A stretch of 64,000 bases of DNA from Podarcis erhardii (taxonomy: Eukaryota): assembly GCA_964252035.1 (NCBI GenBank), contig OZ176203.1, one strand, 5' to 3'. The number at the start of each line of letters is the position of its first letter. Within the stretch, counting starts at the first letter, position 1. The notes under the pieces are model-generated. The model was not told the DNA's origin, searched no databases, and was given only the letters and a program-made list of their open reading frames with translations. A program made the translations under genes and the position numbers. Below are positions 38,484 through 50,730 of the stretch, one piece after another.

Positions 38484-38709
38484 TTTATTTATTTATCGCA
38501 TTTATATATCTCAGTTTTCCTCCAAGGAGCTCAAGGTCATGTTCATAGTTCTCTTCCCTGTTTTACCCTCACAAAATTCCTGTTCAGTAGGTTTGGTTGA
38601 GAGTGAGTGGTTGGCCCAAGGCCACCCAGTAAGCTTCATGGCCAAGTGGGGATTTGAACTCCGATATCCCAGATCCCAATCCAACACTCTAACCACTAAA
38701 CCACACTGC
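38484..38709 (-). mobile_element. tRNA-derived MIR/CORE-like squamate SINE
   Basis: Reverse complement of the family at 55648; B-box-like GGAGTTCAAATCCCC and (TAAA)n tail. Confidence 0.8.
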
Positions 38710-40159
38710 AGAAAGCTTTTAACTTAGCTGGTCCTGTCACTGTGCAGAGGACATTCCCCACAAACCAGAGGCTTCTGGGATGTATTTTCACTTTATGCTT
38801 TTTGTGCCTTTATCCATTCTCTCGCCTTCCCCCCAAATCCCTGCTGCTGGTGTCAAGGAAAGGAGGAGGTAAGAGAAGTAGTAGTATCTAACAGGAAATT
38901 ATAATGTGGGTTTGCATAAAGTGTTCAAAATCTTTTTTGTCCACTAGAGAGCAATAGTGGGATTTGGAAATGGAATGTACTGCTCAGTAAAAACTCTTCT
39001 GTTGGGTAGAAATCAAGAGTGGAAAACAGTTCCTCCTTCTTTTAAGTGGTAGAAAACAAAGCAAGATTTCCCATCCAGCCAAGCTGGCTATTTCATGATC
39101 TATGCATTTAAGCAGTAGGCAAACTCTGCGGTGTAACAAAATGTTCCTGGGTTTAAACCGAATGCCCCAGACACAGGGGTGGGGGAAGAGGGTGTCATGG
39201 GGAAAGAAGTAGATAAGGAAAGTAATCTTCCTTCTTGTCAACAAGCAATCATAAAAAATATTTAGCAGCTGACAGTTCCTTGTAAATAATATTTTATCAA
39301 TGCAAAGCAGTTCCACTCCCGGGTACCCTTCAAAACCTGTACATGAGAATGAGGGAAAATGAGTGATGGTAGATAGCTACTAGGCAGTGGGAGGGTGCTA
39401 ATAATTTGACACATTGTAGTGGCAATAGACCTATAAGCAGTCAGAGGTGCATATGGGGACCAAGTATGAAAAGTGTGTGTGTGTGAGTGAGTGAGAGAGA
39501 GAGAGATTGATCTGGTTGATGATGGGAAAGCAGTGCAGAGTGTGTGTGCGTAAATTCTGAACTAGGCAAGTTTCTCAGATAATGTGTGTATGTGGAGAAC
39601 ATCCAGCATTTAATAGGAAGAGGTGCACAGTTTCACAAATATTGCCTTGAATGGGTCAGTATAATTGATAAAAAACATTTATAAGCCCTATGGCACTTTA
39701 ATTGTGAACTGTTTTATTGTGACTTCAGTAAAGGCTGAGCATTTTCACCTGCTCAGCTCCATTAAGAAGCTGTTCTATAGGCAGTTGCCTTCAGGTGGCT
39801 GCCGAAGGTATTATGCCAAAGGGAAAGTAACTGGGGAGCCCTCCAGACCGGTCTTTTATCGCAGATGTTTCTGCAACAAGTTCTTGACACAATAATACTG
39901 TATTATTGGTGGATTTATTCTGCTTTAGGTTGTTCTGCAATGCTTCCCCAATGCTGCCACATTATTTCTACCTATAGTGCAGCAAAAGTGAGACAAAAAT
40001 GAAATGGGGTAGTTGTGATATAAAAACTTACGGGATTTTAGCAGGAAGTTAATGAATATGGACTGATCAGAAACGTAGCAGTGTGACCACCTTAAAACTT
40101 TGGCAGATTCAGACAGTATTGAAAGTGGGATCACAAATAATCATGAATGCACAATAAAA

Positions 40160-40265
40160 AGGGTGCCCAGAAGGGGTCCTTGGTCAGCCATCCAGACACT
40201 GACCAGAGCCAAGCCTGCTTAGCTTCAGCAAGAGTGTTGGCCTCATGTACCTTCAGACCTGGGAA
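40160..40265 (-). mobile_element. 5S rRNA-derived SINE-like fragment
   Basis: ggtcagccatccagacactgaccagagccaagcctgcttagcttc (40182-40226) resembles the reverse complement of the 5S internal control region; the flanks are not 5S. Confidence 0.55.
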
Positions 40266-41991
40266 ATTTGTAAGTGAAGGAACTATTACAAAGACACCTC
40301 AAAATTCCATTGTTTCTCATCCATTTCTCAGGTAGCTGGGAAAGATTACATAACATTATAGGCGTCTCCCCACTTACACTCGTGTGACTTGCGCATGTCG
40401 CCGTATACATGTGGCACTTGGAAATAATTAAATCAATTTAAACTGCAAAAAGTTGAGGACTGTGGGGAAATGGCTTGAAAAGAGTGAGAAAACTGAAAAA
40501 AATGGCCTGAAAAGAGCGGGAAAACGTCTAGTAATCCAAAACATTTTGGGGTACCAGTCTACTTGTCTAATTCTGAATCACAGCCATGTACTTTGAGGTA
40601 CCGATCTACCCCATTTGTTGTTGCTTTCACATTGTCCTTCAGTGATGAGGAAGACTGAGAGCCACCATTCTTGATAGTCTGGTGAATGCTGCTGGTTTTT
40701 TAAAAGGGGGTTTCAAGGTTTTACAGGCTTTTTGTGTGGTGTTCCCCACTATATGCGATTTCACATATATGCCCAGTACCCAAGAATGTAACCCCCATGC
40801 CTGTATGTTCAATCTTAAGCACTTATTTGCTGTCCTAAGTTTGTTCCAATGTGTAATGGTGTTGAAAAGCCTTCAGTCATTTTAAAGGTTTGAAAGGTAG
40901 TAGACTCCCGCTGCTGCTAATACCCAAGAAGCAATTGATGTAAATAAAGATTGGTACTCCTATGTGGACCATGTTTCTTATCCCCTTCTGCACTGCTTTC
41001 TGTTTCCATTGCCATCCCACTACTGGACATGAGTGGGGATCCAGCAATGGATAGAGAGGGCTTTAGCCTTGTCTTAGGGATCAGAGTATGCACATTCAAG
41101 ACATTGCTGGTCTTCCCAGCTGTTGCATGAGTGTTATTTTCAGAAGCTCAGTAATCCCTGGGGGGTGGGGGTCATGGGTGGAATTGTGTGAATATGCCGG
41201 GTAGCTGAAGTGCAGAGGCTCTGGGAGTCCCTAAGGCAAGAGCATTTCAAAGAGATGATATCAATTTGCAGCCTGGCAGAATCTTGAAGAAAAGAGCAAA
41301 AGATTGGGTAAGAGTAGGCATGACTTTTTGAAGGCAAGATACTGAAGGAGAAAAAAGAGGTTGCAATCCTATAATACTTGCCTGGGAGAATGTCCCATTC
41401 AACTCAGTGAGACTTCTGAATATAGACAGTGCAAATCACCACTGGAATGCATAGGTTCCTTCCAAAGGGCTGTAAGAATACACTGGATTTATGAATGGCC
41501 ATGAGAATGCCTTAAATTAAACCAAGGGTGTGACCCATTTCGTGTTTTGTTTCCCAACAGCACCTGTCTCTTAACAATATCTATTTCTCCACTTCTGAAC
41601 ATATTTTTAGCAGATATGGCTCAAACTGATCTGAAAGATGCTGCAGATTACAACGGTGCCTGGCCAAGACAGCCAGAATAGTTATGTTTGTCAAAGTTTC
41701 CATTATAAATCTCCTTTTTTGAAAGGTTTATAACTTCTCGTTCTATTTGTAGCTCACAAAATACCCTCTTAACTTCTTTCCCTCTCTCTGTCTCTCTTTC
41801 TGCGTTCCTGCCCACTGATGGTTATCAGTTAGGCTTGAAATGGGGCTTTCTGAAGTTATCAGGAATTGTTGAATGTTTGGATGTCATCACCTTTACAATA
41901 CATGATCATCAGACAATGTCAGCTGTGCTTTCCTGCCAAGCAGACTGTGATTGGCAGCAGGTTGGTCTCCCTCCTGACAATGTTCTTGGGC

Positions 41992-42230
41992 AGGGCCGGC
42001 CCAGCCATTAGGTGAGGTGAAGCCCATGCCTCAGGCGGCAGAAGTCCCAAGGCACTCCTGCCCTCCATGGGGTGGAGAAGTGGAACTCACAAGATCTTGA
42101 CAAGATCTTGGCAAGATCTTGCAAGATCTTACTGGAAATCAGTGATGCAGCAGCAGGGCAAGGTGGCACTTCCCATTTTGCCTCAAATGATGAAATGAAA
42201 TGTGCCGAAATGACACTGTTCTTAGGTAAC
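41992..42230. mobile_element. Degenerate MITE-like element carrying a CAAGATCTTG palindrome array
   Basis: Starts cagggccggccc (Harbinger-like end, inference); array at 42090-42131; right boundary uncertain. Confidence 0.4.
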
Positions 42231-42564
42231 CCTGGAAGCACCCTGGTCAGGAGGGAGGTAAAGGCTTGGTTAGGCAACCACCCCAGAACTAGCAGTAGAA
42301 GGTATTATGAGCTTCATTTTCCTGAAGGTGTCTCTTCCTCAGAGAGACAGACGTCTTCCTTCTTCAGGAGGAAGTTGCACAAAGAAGGGGGTGCCCCCAG
42401 GCCCCCCACACAGGAAGGAGACTTTTAAATGTCCAGCTTCTGAGTTCCAGAAAGTCCCCTTTCCCCCCTTTCTCTCCCCAGTCCAACCCACCTTCTTCAG
42501 TTCTAATCAATTTCTTCTCTCCCCTCTGATCTATTTAGTACTTTCCAGGTACCTATACAAATTT

Positions 42565-42834
42565 GAACTAAATCACACAGTTGAACTATGGAGCTCATTG
42601 CCACAAGAGGCAGTGATAACCACCAGATAGGATGGCTTTAGAAGAGGATTAGACAAATTCATAAGAATATCCACAGCTACTAGCCATAACTGCTTATGTC
42701 TTGCTGTCAGAGGCAGTGCGCTTCTGAATACCACTTGCTGAGAATTGGTGGTGTGGAAAGTATTGTGGTGCTCAGGTTCTGATGGCAGGTGTCCCATGGG
42801 CATCTCATTGACCACTGTGAGAACAGGATGCTGG
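42565..42834 (+). mobile_element. CR1 LINE 3' fragment interrupted by LTR copy 2
   Basis: HTVELWSSLPQEAVIT...GFRRGLDKF matches the CR1 ORF2 C-terminus; the tail stops at gagaacaggatgctgg where the LTR begins. Confidence 0.8.
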
Positions 42835-43330
42835 TGTGATGGCCTGGGACTTGGGCTCGGACTCGGAACCAGAGGAGTCTCAGTCCCCACTGGATCCTTT
42901 GCCTCAGGTGGCATCTGGACCAAGTCTGGGGCCTGATTCTGAAGAGGCCCAGTCTGCACAGGTCTCCCTGCAACAAGCACCAGCTGGGCCAAGTCATGGG
43001 CCTGAGCCTGTTCTGGCTCCAGATGCGGGGATTACCTTGTTGCCTTCAGCTGGGCAATCACTTGCAGCTGCTCCACTACCAGTTGGGTCAGGAGAGGCTG
43101 AGGCGGCCTCTGGGTCTAGTAACCCACCGACATCTCCCAAGCTGCAGAGACTAAGGTCTGAGTGAAGGAGAGACCTGAGTACTCACAGGAGGAGTGCTCG
43201 CCTTTGGGCGAGACAGGGAGGTGAGTCACAGGGGGATCAGGACTGGCCGTTACCCCGTCAAAGATAAAAGGCTGTCGGATCCCGCCCCAGGTTGTGGGAG
43301 CAACATTGCAGTTTGCCAGAATCTGCCTGA
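42835..43330 (+). mobile_element. LTR copy 2, 3'-truncated
   Basis: 163/171 nt identical to copy 1 over the first 57 codons; similarity ends near 43330; no terminal CA or TSD. Confidence 0.88.
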
Positions 43331-43929
43331 GTCCCTGCACCTGTGTAGTTACCATTGATTTCATGGGTTTATGAGGAGTGTGTATCCCCCTCCTCTCTCT
43401 CGAATCATTTCTGTTTCTCTTTGAAGTTCTTGGCTTAATTCAGAATTCCATACTTGCGTAGCTCAGGCTCAGCAATGGCATTTGGGTCTCAACAGCTGAT
43501 CATCAGACAGCTTTAGAATCAGTGCTACAATAGTTCAGAGTGGGGTGGTGTTCCACATTAGAAGGAGCATAGGAAAATCCATGGCAAAGTAGGTCCACAC
43601 ACAGGCAGGATCCCCAGTTCAGCCCACAAACCAAACGGCCAACTCCAAGTTGCTCCTAATAAAAGATTTAAGATGGTTTAAGGTGGCCCCACAAACAAAT
43701 CTTCATTCTCCATCAAAAACAAAGCCATACTATGCTCTTTCCCCAGTAATATTATTATGTGGGTTCCTTATCCAGTCTTCAGTAAGTGGCTGGAAGTAGG
43801 GAAGCAGAAAGAAGGTCCAGCTCTTTCTTTCGCTCCGTGAGAGTGAACACAAACCCTGGATTCCCCCCTTCCCTCCAATCTCATAGATCTCTCTGCTGCC
43901 ACCTTAAATGAAGAGAATGCAGCCCGGTA

Positions 43930-44296
43930 GCAATGGATTTGGTTTGAATTTTGCTTTGCTTTTTGAAATAATATGAGAACTGAAACAGAGCCATTCTTCA
44001 AAATTCACACTTATCTGAATTTTGCAATGCAGTTCTCCAACCAACTAATGTTTTAAAATATGCCTTATATTGGGTCAAATTGTGCCTAAAATGCATCATG
44101 AGAAAAGGCTTGCAAAAAGGAGTTCACTAGTCAAAATGCATACAAAAATGTGCTTATTATAAAAAATATATATGCACTAAGGATTTGAAGAATTTTCAAG
44201 AGGATTTTAAAAAAAGAAAATCCACAAACTGGTGCAGAAATAATGGGGAAAATGAGAAACTGAGAGAGCCAACATTTACAGAGCCTTCCATCCCTA
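43930..44296. mobile_element. AT-rich non-autonomous DNA-transposon-like relic
   Basis: aaatgcatacaaaaatg motif and ...catcccta end, as in common squamate repeats (from memory); boundaries uncertain. Confidence 0.35.
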
Positions 44297-47200
44297 GCCA
44301 ACCGTCTGGAATAATCTGGAGTTGGACTGGACGCTGGGGCTTGATTGAGGAAGAGCCTCTCTGGAAGGAGTTACAGAGCTGGGAGTACCAGCTCCCAAAA
44401 GTCTGTGTCCGTCCTTGAATTCTTCATGTGAAGCAAAACGGTCAGCACAGCAGTTGAGGTGTTGGGGCTCACCTTGGTTCCCAGTGTTGTGCATCACTGT
44501 GTGGTTGCCCTATTGGGTGTACTGGATTGGCTCCACCTCTGTGTACCAGGTCCTTTCCAAGTCACATCCCAGAGTGGTGATATGCATTTCCTCTGCATCA
44601 TTTTCATTTTTGAGAAGGAGTAGCTGTACAAGTCTCATAAAGGCCTAGGGTATTGCAACCAATTCTAGGCCAAAGGTGAGGTACCTGTGGCCCACAAGTT
44701 GTTGCTGGACTGCAATTCCCATCAACAACAGTAAGTGTGGCCAATGGTCAGGGATGATGGGGGCAGATACCTAGAGGACCACAGATTCCCCATTAGGATT
44801 TTTAGGCACTGAGTTTATAGGCACTTTGTTGGTGAGCTGAAAACAGAGTCCCCAGATTGTCTCAGTTTATAGTGCAATTCTATAAATCTCCCTGTGCTCA
44901 GCAGAGCTTCCTCCCTATGTTAGCATTGCACCCCTGGAGACATTTTGGACTTATGTAGGATTCACAGTACTTAGCTTGGGAAAGGGAGAAATGGAACAGC
45001 ACTAACAAAAGTGCAGAGTGGAGAATGAGAAAGGGAAGAATCAGACTGCAGTCGGATTCTTGAAAGAAACATTGTGCTTTTTAAAAAATAAAATAAAACC
45101 AGTGATGTTGCTTGCGGGCAAAGGGTTTTACTATGTTGTGTTCAGTGGTGTCTTGAACTAAGGCAACTGAAGATCCTTTGTCCCTTGTGAAGACAGGCCA
45201 CTGATCAAAGCAACAGGGTGTAAACTTTACAGAACTAGCATATTCCAAGCATCTGGGTAAGGTCTGGCTCTGCCTATACCTTTTTAAAAATTGTGGTTGA
45301 TATAAGATGTGTTTGTGCAGCACACCTGATCTTCACAAAATCCCCGTGCACAGGGGCTGCAGTCAAAGATGCTATAGGGCTAGCATGGGCTGCACCACAA
45401 CTTTCTGATGTCCATGCTAGGGTGTTCCAGTGGGGAAGACACACATGTTTTGGGGAGTGTCTTCCTGAGTGTTACAAACAGGAGTACGACTCATGCAGGA
45501 ACACAAACACTTCCAGTGTGGAATCTGCATATCTTTCAATATCTTGTGTTGAATCCACAGTTGGGTGAGCAGACCACTCAAGCAATGGCTCTTTTCTGTC
45601 ACTTCCTCAACCTTTCACCTTGCAAGAAGCCTCATTGGACAAATGGGGGACCTTCCTGATAGGACTTCAGGGAGAGGAGAGGAGAGGAGAGGAGAGAATG
45701 GTTAAAAGTCTCGCATGAGTGGAAAAAGTCACCCTTCCATAGCAGTCACTTCCACCACAGCCCATGCTATTCAGGATGGTTCCCCAACCCTATGGTGAGA
45801 CTTTTGGGTGGATTTAATAAAGGACAGGAAAGACCCATAGTTGTCTTCTGCTCTCTGTCTTTGGGTCTACCCTGAATATAATGATATGTCAATGAGCCTG
45901 TGCTTGGGATATACCTTATAATTATACTGATATGTTTTCCAATTCATTTCTGCTTGCATGCTATGAAATGCTAGAGCTGTTTAGCAAAATGGAAGAAAGG
46001 TTTGACGACATGGTCTCTGGACATAGGGATTTTTACTATAATAAACTGCTGTGTTAATGCAGAAAACTAACCAGGCTAACTTGCTGGAATTTCCTCCTAC
46101 CAAATACAATTAGTTACAATTTTTGAAGGTCAGAATATGGGGCCACAATTCATCCACTCTGTGAAGCTTTATTATGTAGCATTTTTCCCATACTGGCTTT
46201 GTTGAGAGCAGACACAAATAAGAGAAGTTGTAGTCCAAACTTTATTAGGACAAAACTAAGCATAGTTTTGAAACTTCTTTAAAAGAGAACATGCATCTTC
46301 CCACCCTCCTTCTTGAAATATGGAGAAATCAGGGACCATAAAGGAAGCAAATGTTAATTAAGCACAGGATTTTGTTTCTCATCCACCCTTCTATCACAAA
46401 TACATCCTTGCGCTTGTTCTCTCTGCTCAATATAAGGTGGTGGGATGCAACATTAATTCAGTAAACACATGTTTTTGAAAGGGTAGCAGAACACATTACT
46501 ATTTGGAAACTAGATCCTCCTGAAAGAGGATGACAAAAATTCCCTTATCTGAGTTTTGTGATAAATAAACTGATCCCCCTTATTCCTGGGTGTCGTCTGA
46601 GCAGTCTACAAGGTTAGTGGTGTTTGCTATCTTGAGCATCTAGTCTAAGCTGTAAGGTGTTGGTGTGGGATGGAACTGAGTATTTTTCTAGTTTCTTTAA
46701 GAATAAGTGTCAGCCATGCTTGACACTCTATCAGTAGATAATATTCCCACTCTTAAGAGGTCACGTGAGGGCAAAGTTGAAGTGAACTTGCAAGACAGTG
46801 AAGGCTTTGCATGACTGAATCATGTTTATAGGTCTTGTGAGGCTCCTCAGGGGCCTTTGGCGTCCCAAGTGTATGAAACTAGTCCTGGTCACTCATGGAG
46901 CATGAAGACCAGACACAACCACTCCAGAAGGAGACGCTATAGGGAAACGTATCGTTCTAATTAACTCATGAGAAGTTAATTTCCTGTAGCTCTGATTAGA
47001 CTTGCATCAGTGCTAGAGGCTGTAGAAATTGCTTGGGCCTGATTCCTGACGGCTGCACCTATAAGGTGGGTGCCTCATGATTCCCTTGCCCTCCTCCTCC
47101 AGCTGCCAAAACTATTTGGCTTTTCTAGTTCTCAACTTATTCTGCCAGTGCTTCCTGCTCAGCTAATTGAGTACAGAAATGGTTTAGAGCTCTCTAGAAA

Positions 47201-47702
47201 TGATGTTGAAATTCTGGTGGCCATGTACCCTACTTCACTGAGAATAGTCATCTGTATGAAGGTCTGCCAACCTTCTGTTTGAAGGCCTGTCTGGTCCAAG
47301 CAGTGGAGGTTGGTTCATTAGGGCAAATGGGGCTCGCCTTCTTACTTATATCCAGTCCAGGGGGCGGCCCTTCCTGTCAGCTTCGTTCTTCTTAGGCTCA
47401 GTGTTGCCCTTGTAGAACTCAGCAGGGAGGAGCATGGGGACAAGACTAGAATTAGTTGACTCTGCCTGTCATTGGCTGTGGCTCCACCTACTGAGGGGCT
47501 CCCTGCCTTCACCCTACCATTTTCAATGTTGACCCACCACCACCACTGGATCCAAGTCCAGTTTAAAGCTAAAAAACCAAAAGAAGGGAGAGCAGGTGCC
47601 TTGAAGGTGGCTGTGATAGTTAACATTTGAACAGAAAACCGAGCAGGCACACAGACTTCCCCACTAAAGTGAGATGTAGCTCTGGTCCACACTTGTGTTT
47701 GT

Positions 47703-47788
47703 CCTGCTCTTTACTGCTGAATTAGAGCAAACATCAATTGGGTTTTCTGCAGATTGATGTTTGCTCCAATTCAGTGGTGAAGAGTGGG
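47703..47788 (+). ncRNA. Candidate pri-miRNA-like hairpin (unverified)
   Basis: 36 consecutive pair positions without bulges (30 Watson-Crick, 5 G-U, 1 A-C mismatch) and a 14-nt loop. I do not recognise it as a known miRNA. Confidence 0.35.
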
Positions 47789-48949
47789 TTTTCTTGGAGC
47801 AAACGGAAAATTGCTCGGACCAGTGTCTAGAGAGCATGAGAAAACCTCTTGGACCTGTGCTTCCTAGGCACGGGACAAGCAGACGTGTGGATGATCCCAA
47901 AGTGTACTACTACCAATTAAAGGAATCAGTTCTAAATTTGCATCTCTCTATAAATTAACATACACAAAGTTTATGCGAATTCACATCCTCTTGGCTCCTG
48001 TTTCTTGGTGAAACATTTCCTCTCCTTTGTGCATACAAGAGGCCATTCTAGTTGGAATGGTCCTCTTAGCCCTTGCATTCTCTACTTTTGATCCTGAGTG
48101 TATTCTTGCCTGATCATTTTTTAAAAAAACAAACAAACACACACATCACCGCTAAATTTAAAAGTAAGAATGGATTAAAAAGAGTACAAAATTTTAAAAA
48201 CTACAAAATATGAATGTGCTTCCCCACACTGGGTTGCTTCTCATTAAAGTATTATTTCTCATTATTAGAAATAAAGCATTGTTTCTTCATGTTTCTCATT
48301 GAAGTATCATTTTCCATGGGAAATATTGTTTCCATTGAGTAAATATTTCTGTTGAAACAACTCTAATAAGTCTATTCAGTTACTGTCATACAGAGCTAGT
48401 CTTTATCTAGGAGGCTATTCAAATTCTAAAGTAGTTATATACAGACATATCAAAAATTCAAGTAGAATTCATTGCACATTTACTTGGCATAAGTTGGGCA
48501 AGCTGGAATAGTATGTGGGGTCCAGTGGAAAGATGAGAATGAAAGACCACTTTATTTTTCACTTTTCCAGGAAAAGGGAAGCTGCCCCATGGTGTGCTTG
48601 CAAAATGTCTGAAAATGATTCTAGAAGGGAAGTGGAGAAGTGGAAGAGCAGAGGCTCATAGTCATCAGGTCAGTGCTGCATATAAGAAACCAGTCTCATC
48701 TGGGAAGTAAATTTTTAGCTCAGCAAGTCAGTGTCTCTGCTTTATTTGAGAGGAGAGAAATAGTGGATGTCACAATCAATTGCACCTCCCTATTAAATAG
48801 CAGTGTGTTAGAGTCTGATAGTTTAGGGATTTGTCCAAAATAGCAACTGAAGCCACTGCAAATTGAAACCATCATAAATCCAATCAAGAAATCCAGGGAT
48901 TTATAGTGATATAGGGATTTATGAAAGGGCTTGAGACTTCCACTAAAGA

Positions 48950-49190
48950 TGCCACCGTCTTGGTAGTGGCACCTGCCCTGTGGAACGCCCTCCCCTCAGA
49001 TGTAGAGGAAATAAACAACTATCTGACTTTTAGAAGACATCTGAAGGCAGCCCTGTTTAGGGAAGTTTTTAATGTTTGAAGTTTTATTCCATTTTTAGTG
49101 TTCTGTTGGGAGCTGCCCAGTGTGGCTGTGGAGGCCCAGCCAGATGGGCAGGGTATAAATAATAAAATGATTATTTTTATTATTATCACT
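48950..49190 (+). mobile_element. L2-type LINE 3' end, antisense to GJA5 and within or near its 3' UTR
   Basis: gtggcacctgccctgtggaacgccctcccctcagatgt (VAPALWNALPSDV) followed by the gggcagggtataaataataa tail. Confidence 0.8.
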
Positions 49191-49524
49191 CCTGCATTCT
49201 TTGGAAAAATCAGAATGAATATACTGGTTTAAGTGTAGAGAGATATCCACTCAAACTATACATCAGCTTCAGTCCTCTCTCTAGTAACCAAAGCTTATTT
49301 TAGTATTTGTTTTGAAATAGATCACTCTCCTTTCTGACTGTATGTTAACAAACTCAAATAATGAAATAAGCTTTGACATAAACTTTTTGCAATATGCCAG
49401 GCCATTTACTTAATGAGTTGAACTGGCTGAATGGACCCCAGACTGCCAGGTTTTCAAAATCTACACTGCAAGTTTTTGTCACATCAGAGAGTCTTCTCTT
49501 CCTGCTGCCCCCACAGAACACAAT

Positions 49525-50634
49525 TCACACCGACAGGTCATCAGAGCGAGCCTTACTGCTGGCGCGGCTGGTTTTGCTGAGCCTACGTTTGTCGTGGAAG
49601 TAGCCATTGGGAACCAGGGTGGGTGTGGAGCTATTGGCGGCCTCTGAAGTCTGAGAATAGTTAACTTGGATAAATGGAGCTTCCCTGTCTACGTCGTCTT
49701 GGTTGTGAACCCTCTCCGTTGCAAAATTGGCAGTGTTCTGCTGAGAGGCCATTTTGTTGCTGAAGGGACTGATAAATTTTCCACCAGGGTTGGCTAAACA
49801 CTGATTAAAATCTGGAGGAGGGGTACAGCTTTGGGTCATCTTCGCTTGAGGGTCTGTTTCCAGTTTGCTGGCGACTGGGCTGGGGCTGCGTTTGTAAGAA
49901 GGGGAGAACTTCTGCTTGGCTTTCTTCCATCCCAAGTGATATAGTTCAGCCAAGCTTAAGAACAGGGAGAGTGCTGCTACGGCCAGCATGAAAATGATAA
50001 AGATGTTCTTCTCAGTTGGCCGAGAGACGTAGCAGTTGACTGGATGGGGGCAAGGCTTCCGTTGACAGATATAGAGCGTCTCAAGGAAGATTCCATACAG
50101 CATGTATTGCCCAATGATGAATGCTACCTCCATGGTGGTACGGATTAAAATGCTACAGACGTAGGTATTCAACAAAGTGCCTTGAAGAATGATCCTCCCA
50201 CTTGGCTCATCCCAGCAGGACAGCTCCGCCTTCTCGGGCGCTTGGTACTCCTGCTGGTGGAAAGAATCTCCCTTACTCTGCATTGCTGTCGACGCTTCTT
50301 TGGCCTCCTTTAGCTTCCTCTTCTCCTCCATGCGCACTGTGTGCATTGCATGTCCCATGTACAGCAGGGAAGGGGTGGAGACAAAGATGATCTGGAGGAC
50401 CCAGTACCTGATGTGGGAGATGGGGAAAGCTTTGTCGTAGCAGACGTTCTCGCAACCTGGTTGCCGGGTGTCACACATGAAGTCGGACTGTTCATCTCCC
50501 CACGAAGACTCTGCGGCTGTGCCCAGGACAAGCATCCGGAAGATAAAGAGCACGGTCAGCCAGACTTTCCCCACCACTGTGGAATGCTTGTGGACTTCCT
50601 CCAGGAATTCTCCTAGGAAGCTCCAGTCACCCAT
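49525..50634 (-). CDS. GJA5: Gap junction alpha-5 protein (connexin 40), 369 aa
   Basis: [34 protein letters not shown]-terminus; extracellular C-X6-C-X3-C and C-X4-C-X5-C motifs; C-terminal [13 protein letters not shown]; intronless CDS; lies next to ACP6 as in other amniotes. Confidence 0.98.
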   Translation of the reverse strand: MGDWSFLGEFLEEVHKHSTVVGKVWLTVLFIFRMLVLGTAAESSWGDEQSDFMCDTRQPGCENVCYDKAFPISHIRYWVLQIIFVSTPSLLYMGHAMHTVRMEEKRKLKEAKEASTAMQSKGDSFHQQEYQAPEKAELSCWDEPSGRIILQGTLLNTYVCSILIRTTMEVAFIIGQYMLYGIFLETLYICQRKPCPHPVNCYVSRPTEKNIFIIFMLAVAALSLFLSLAELYHLGWKKAKQKFSPSYKRSPSPVASKLETDPQAKMTQSCTPPPDFNQCLANPGGKFISPFSNKMASQQNTANFATERVHNQDDVDREAPFIQVNYSQTSEAANSSTPTLVPNGYFHDKRRLSKTSRASSKARSDDLSV

Positions 50635-50659
50635 TTTGGCTCAGCAGAGAGACTTGCCT

Positions 50660-50730
50660 CTGAGGGAGAGAGAGAAAGAGAAAGAGAGAAAGAGAGAAAG
50701 AGAGAGAGAGAGAGAGTGTGTGTGTCTTAC
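50660..50730 (-). promoter_or_regulatory. GJA5: GJA5 exon-2 splice acceptor with a microsatellite pyrimidine tract
   Basis: Minus strand reads (CA)n(CT/CTTT)n ccctcag|AGGCAAG; exon 2 starts at 50659, 25 nt before the ATG. Confidence 0.8.

Noticed and set aside
37862-43330. The two same-orientation LTR copies as the ends of one provirus
   Set aside because: Copy 1 has its own TSD on both sides, copy 2 is inserted in a CR1 tail, and I found no PBS, PPT or gag/pol remnants in the 4.4 kb between them.
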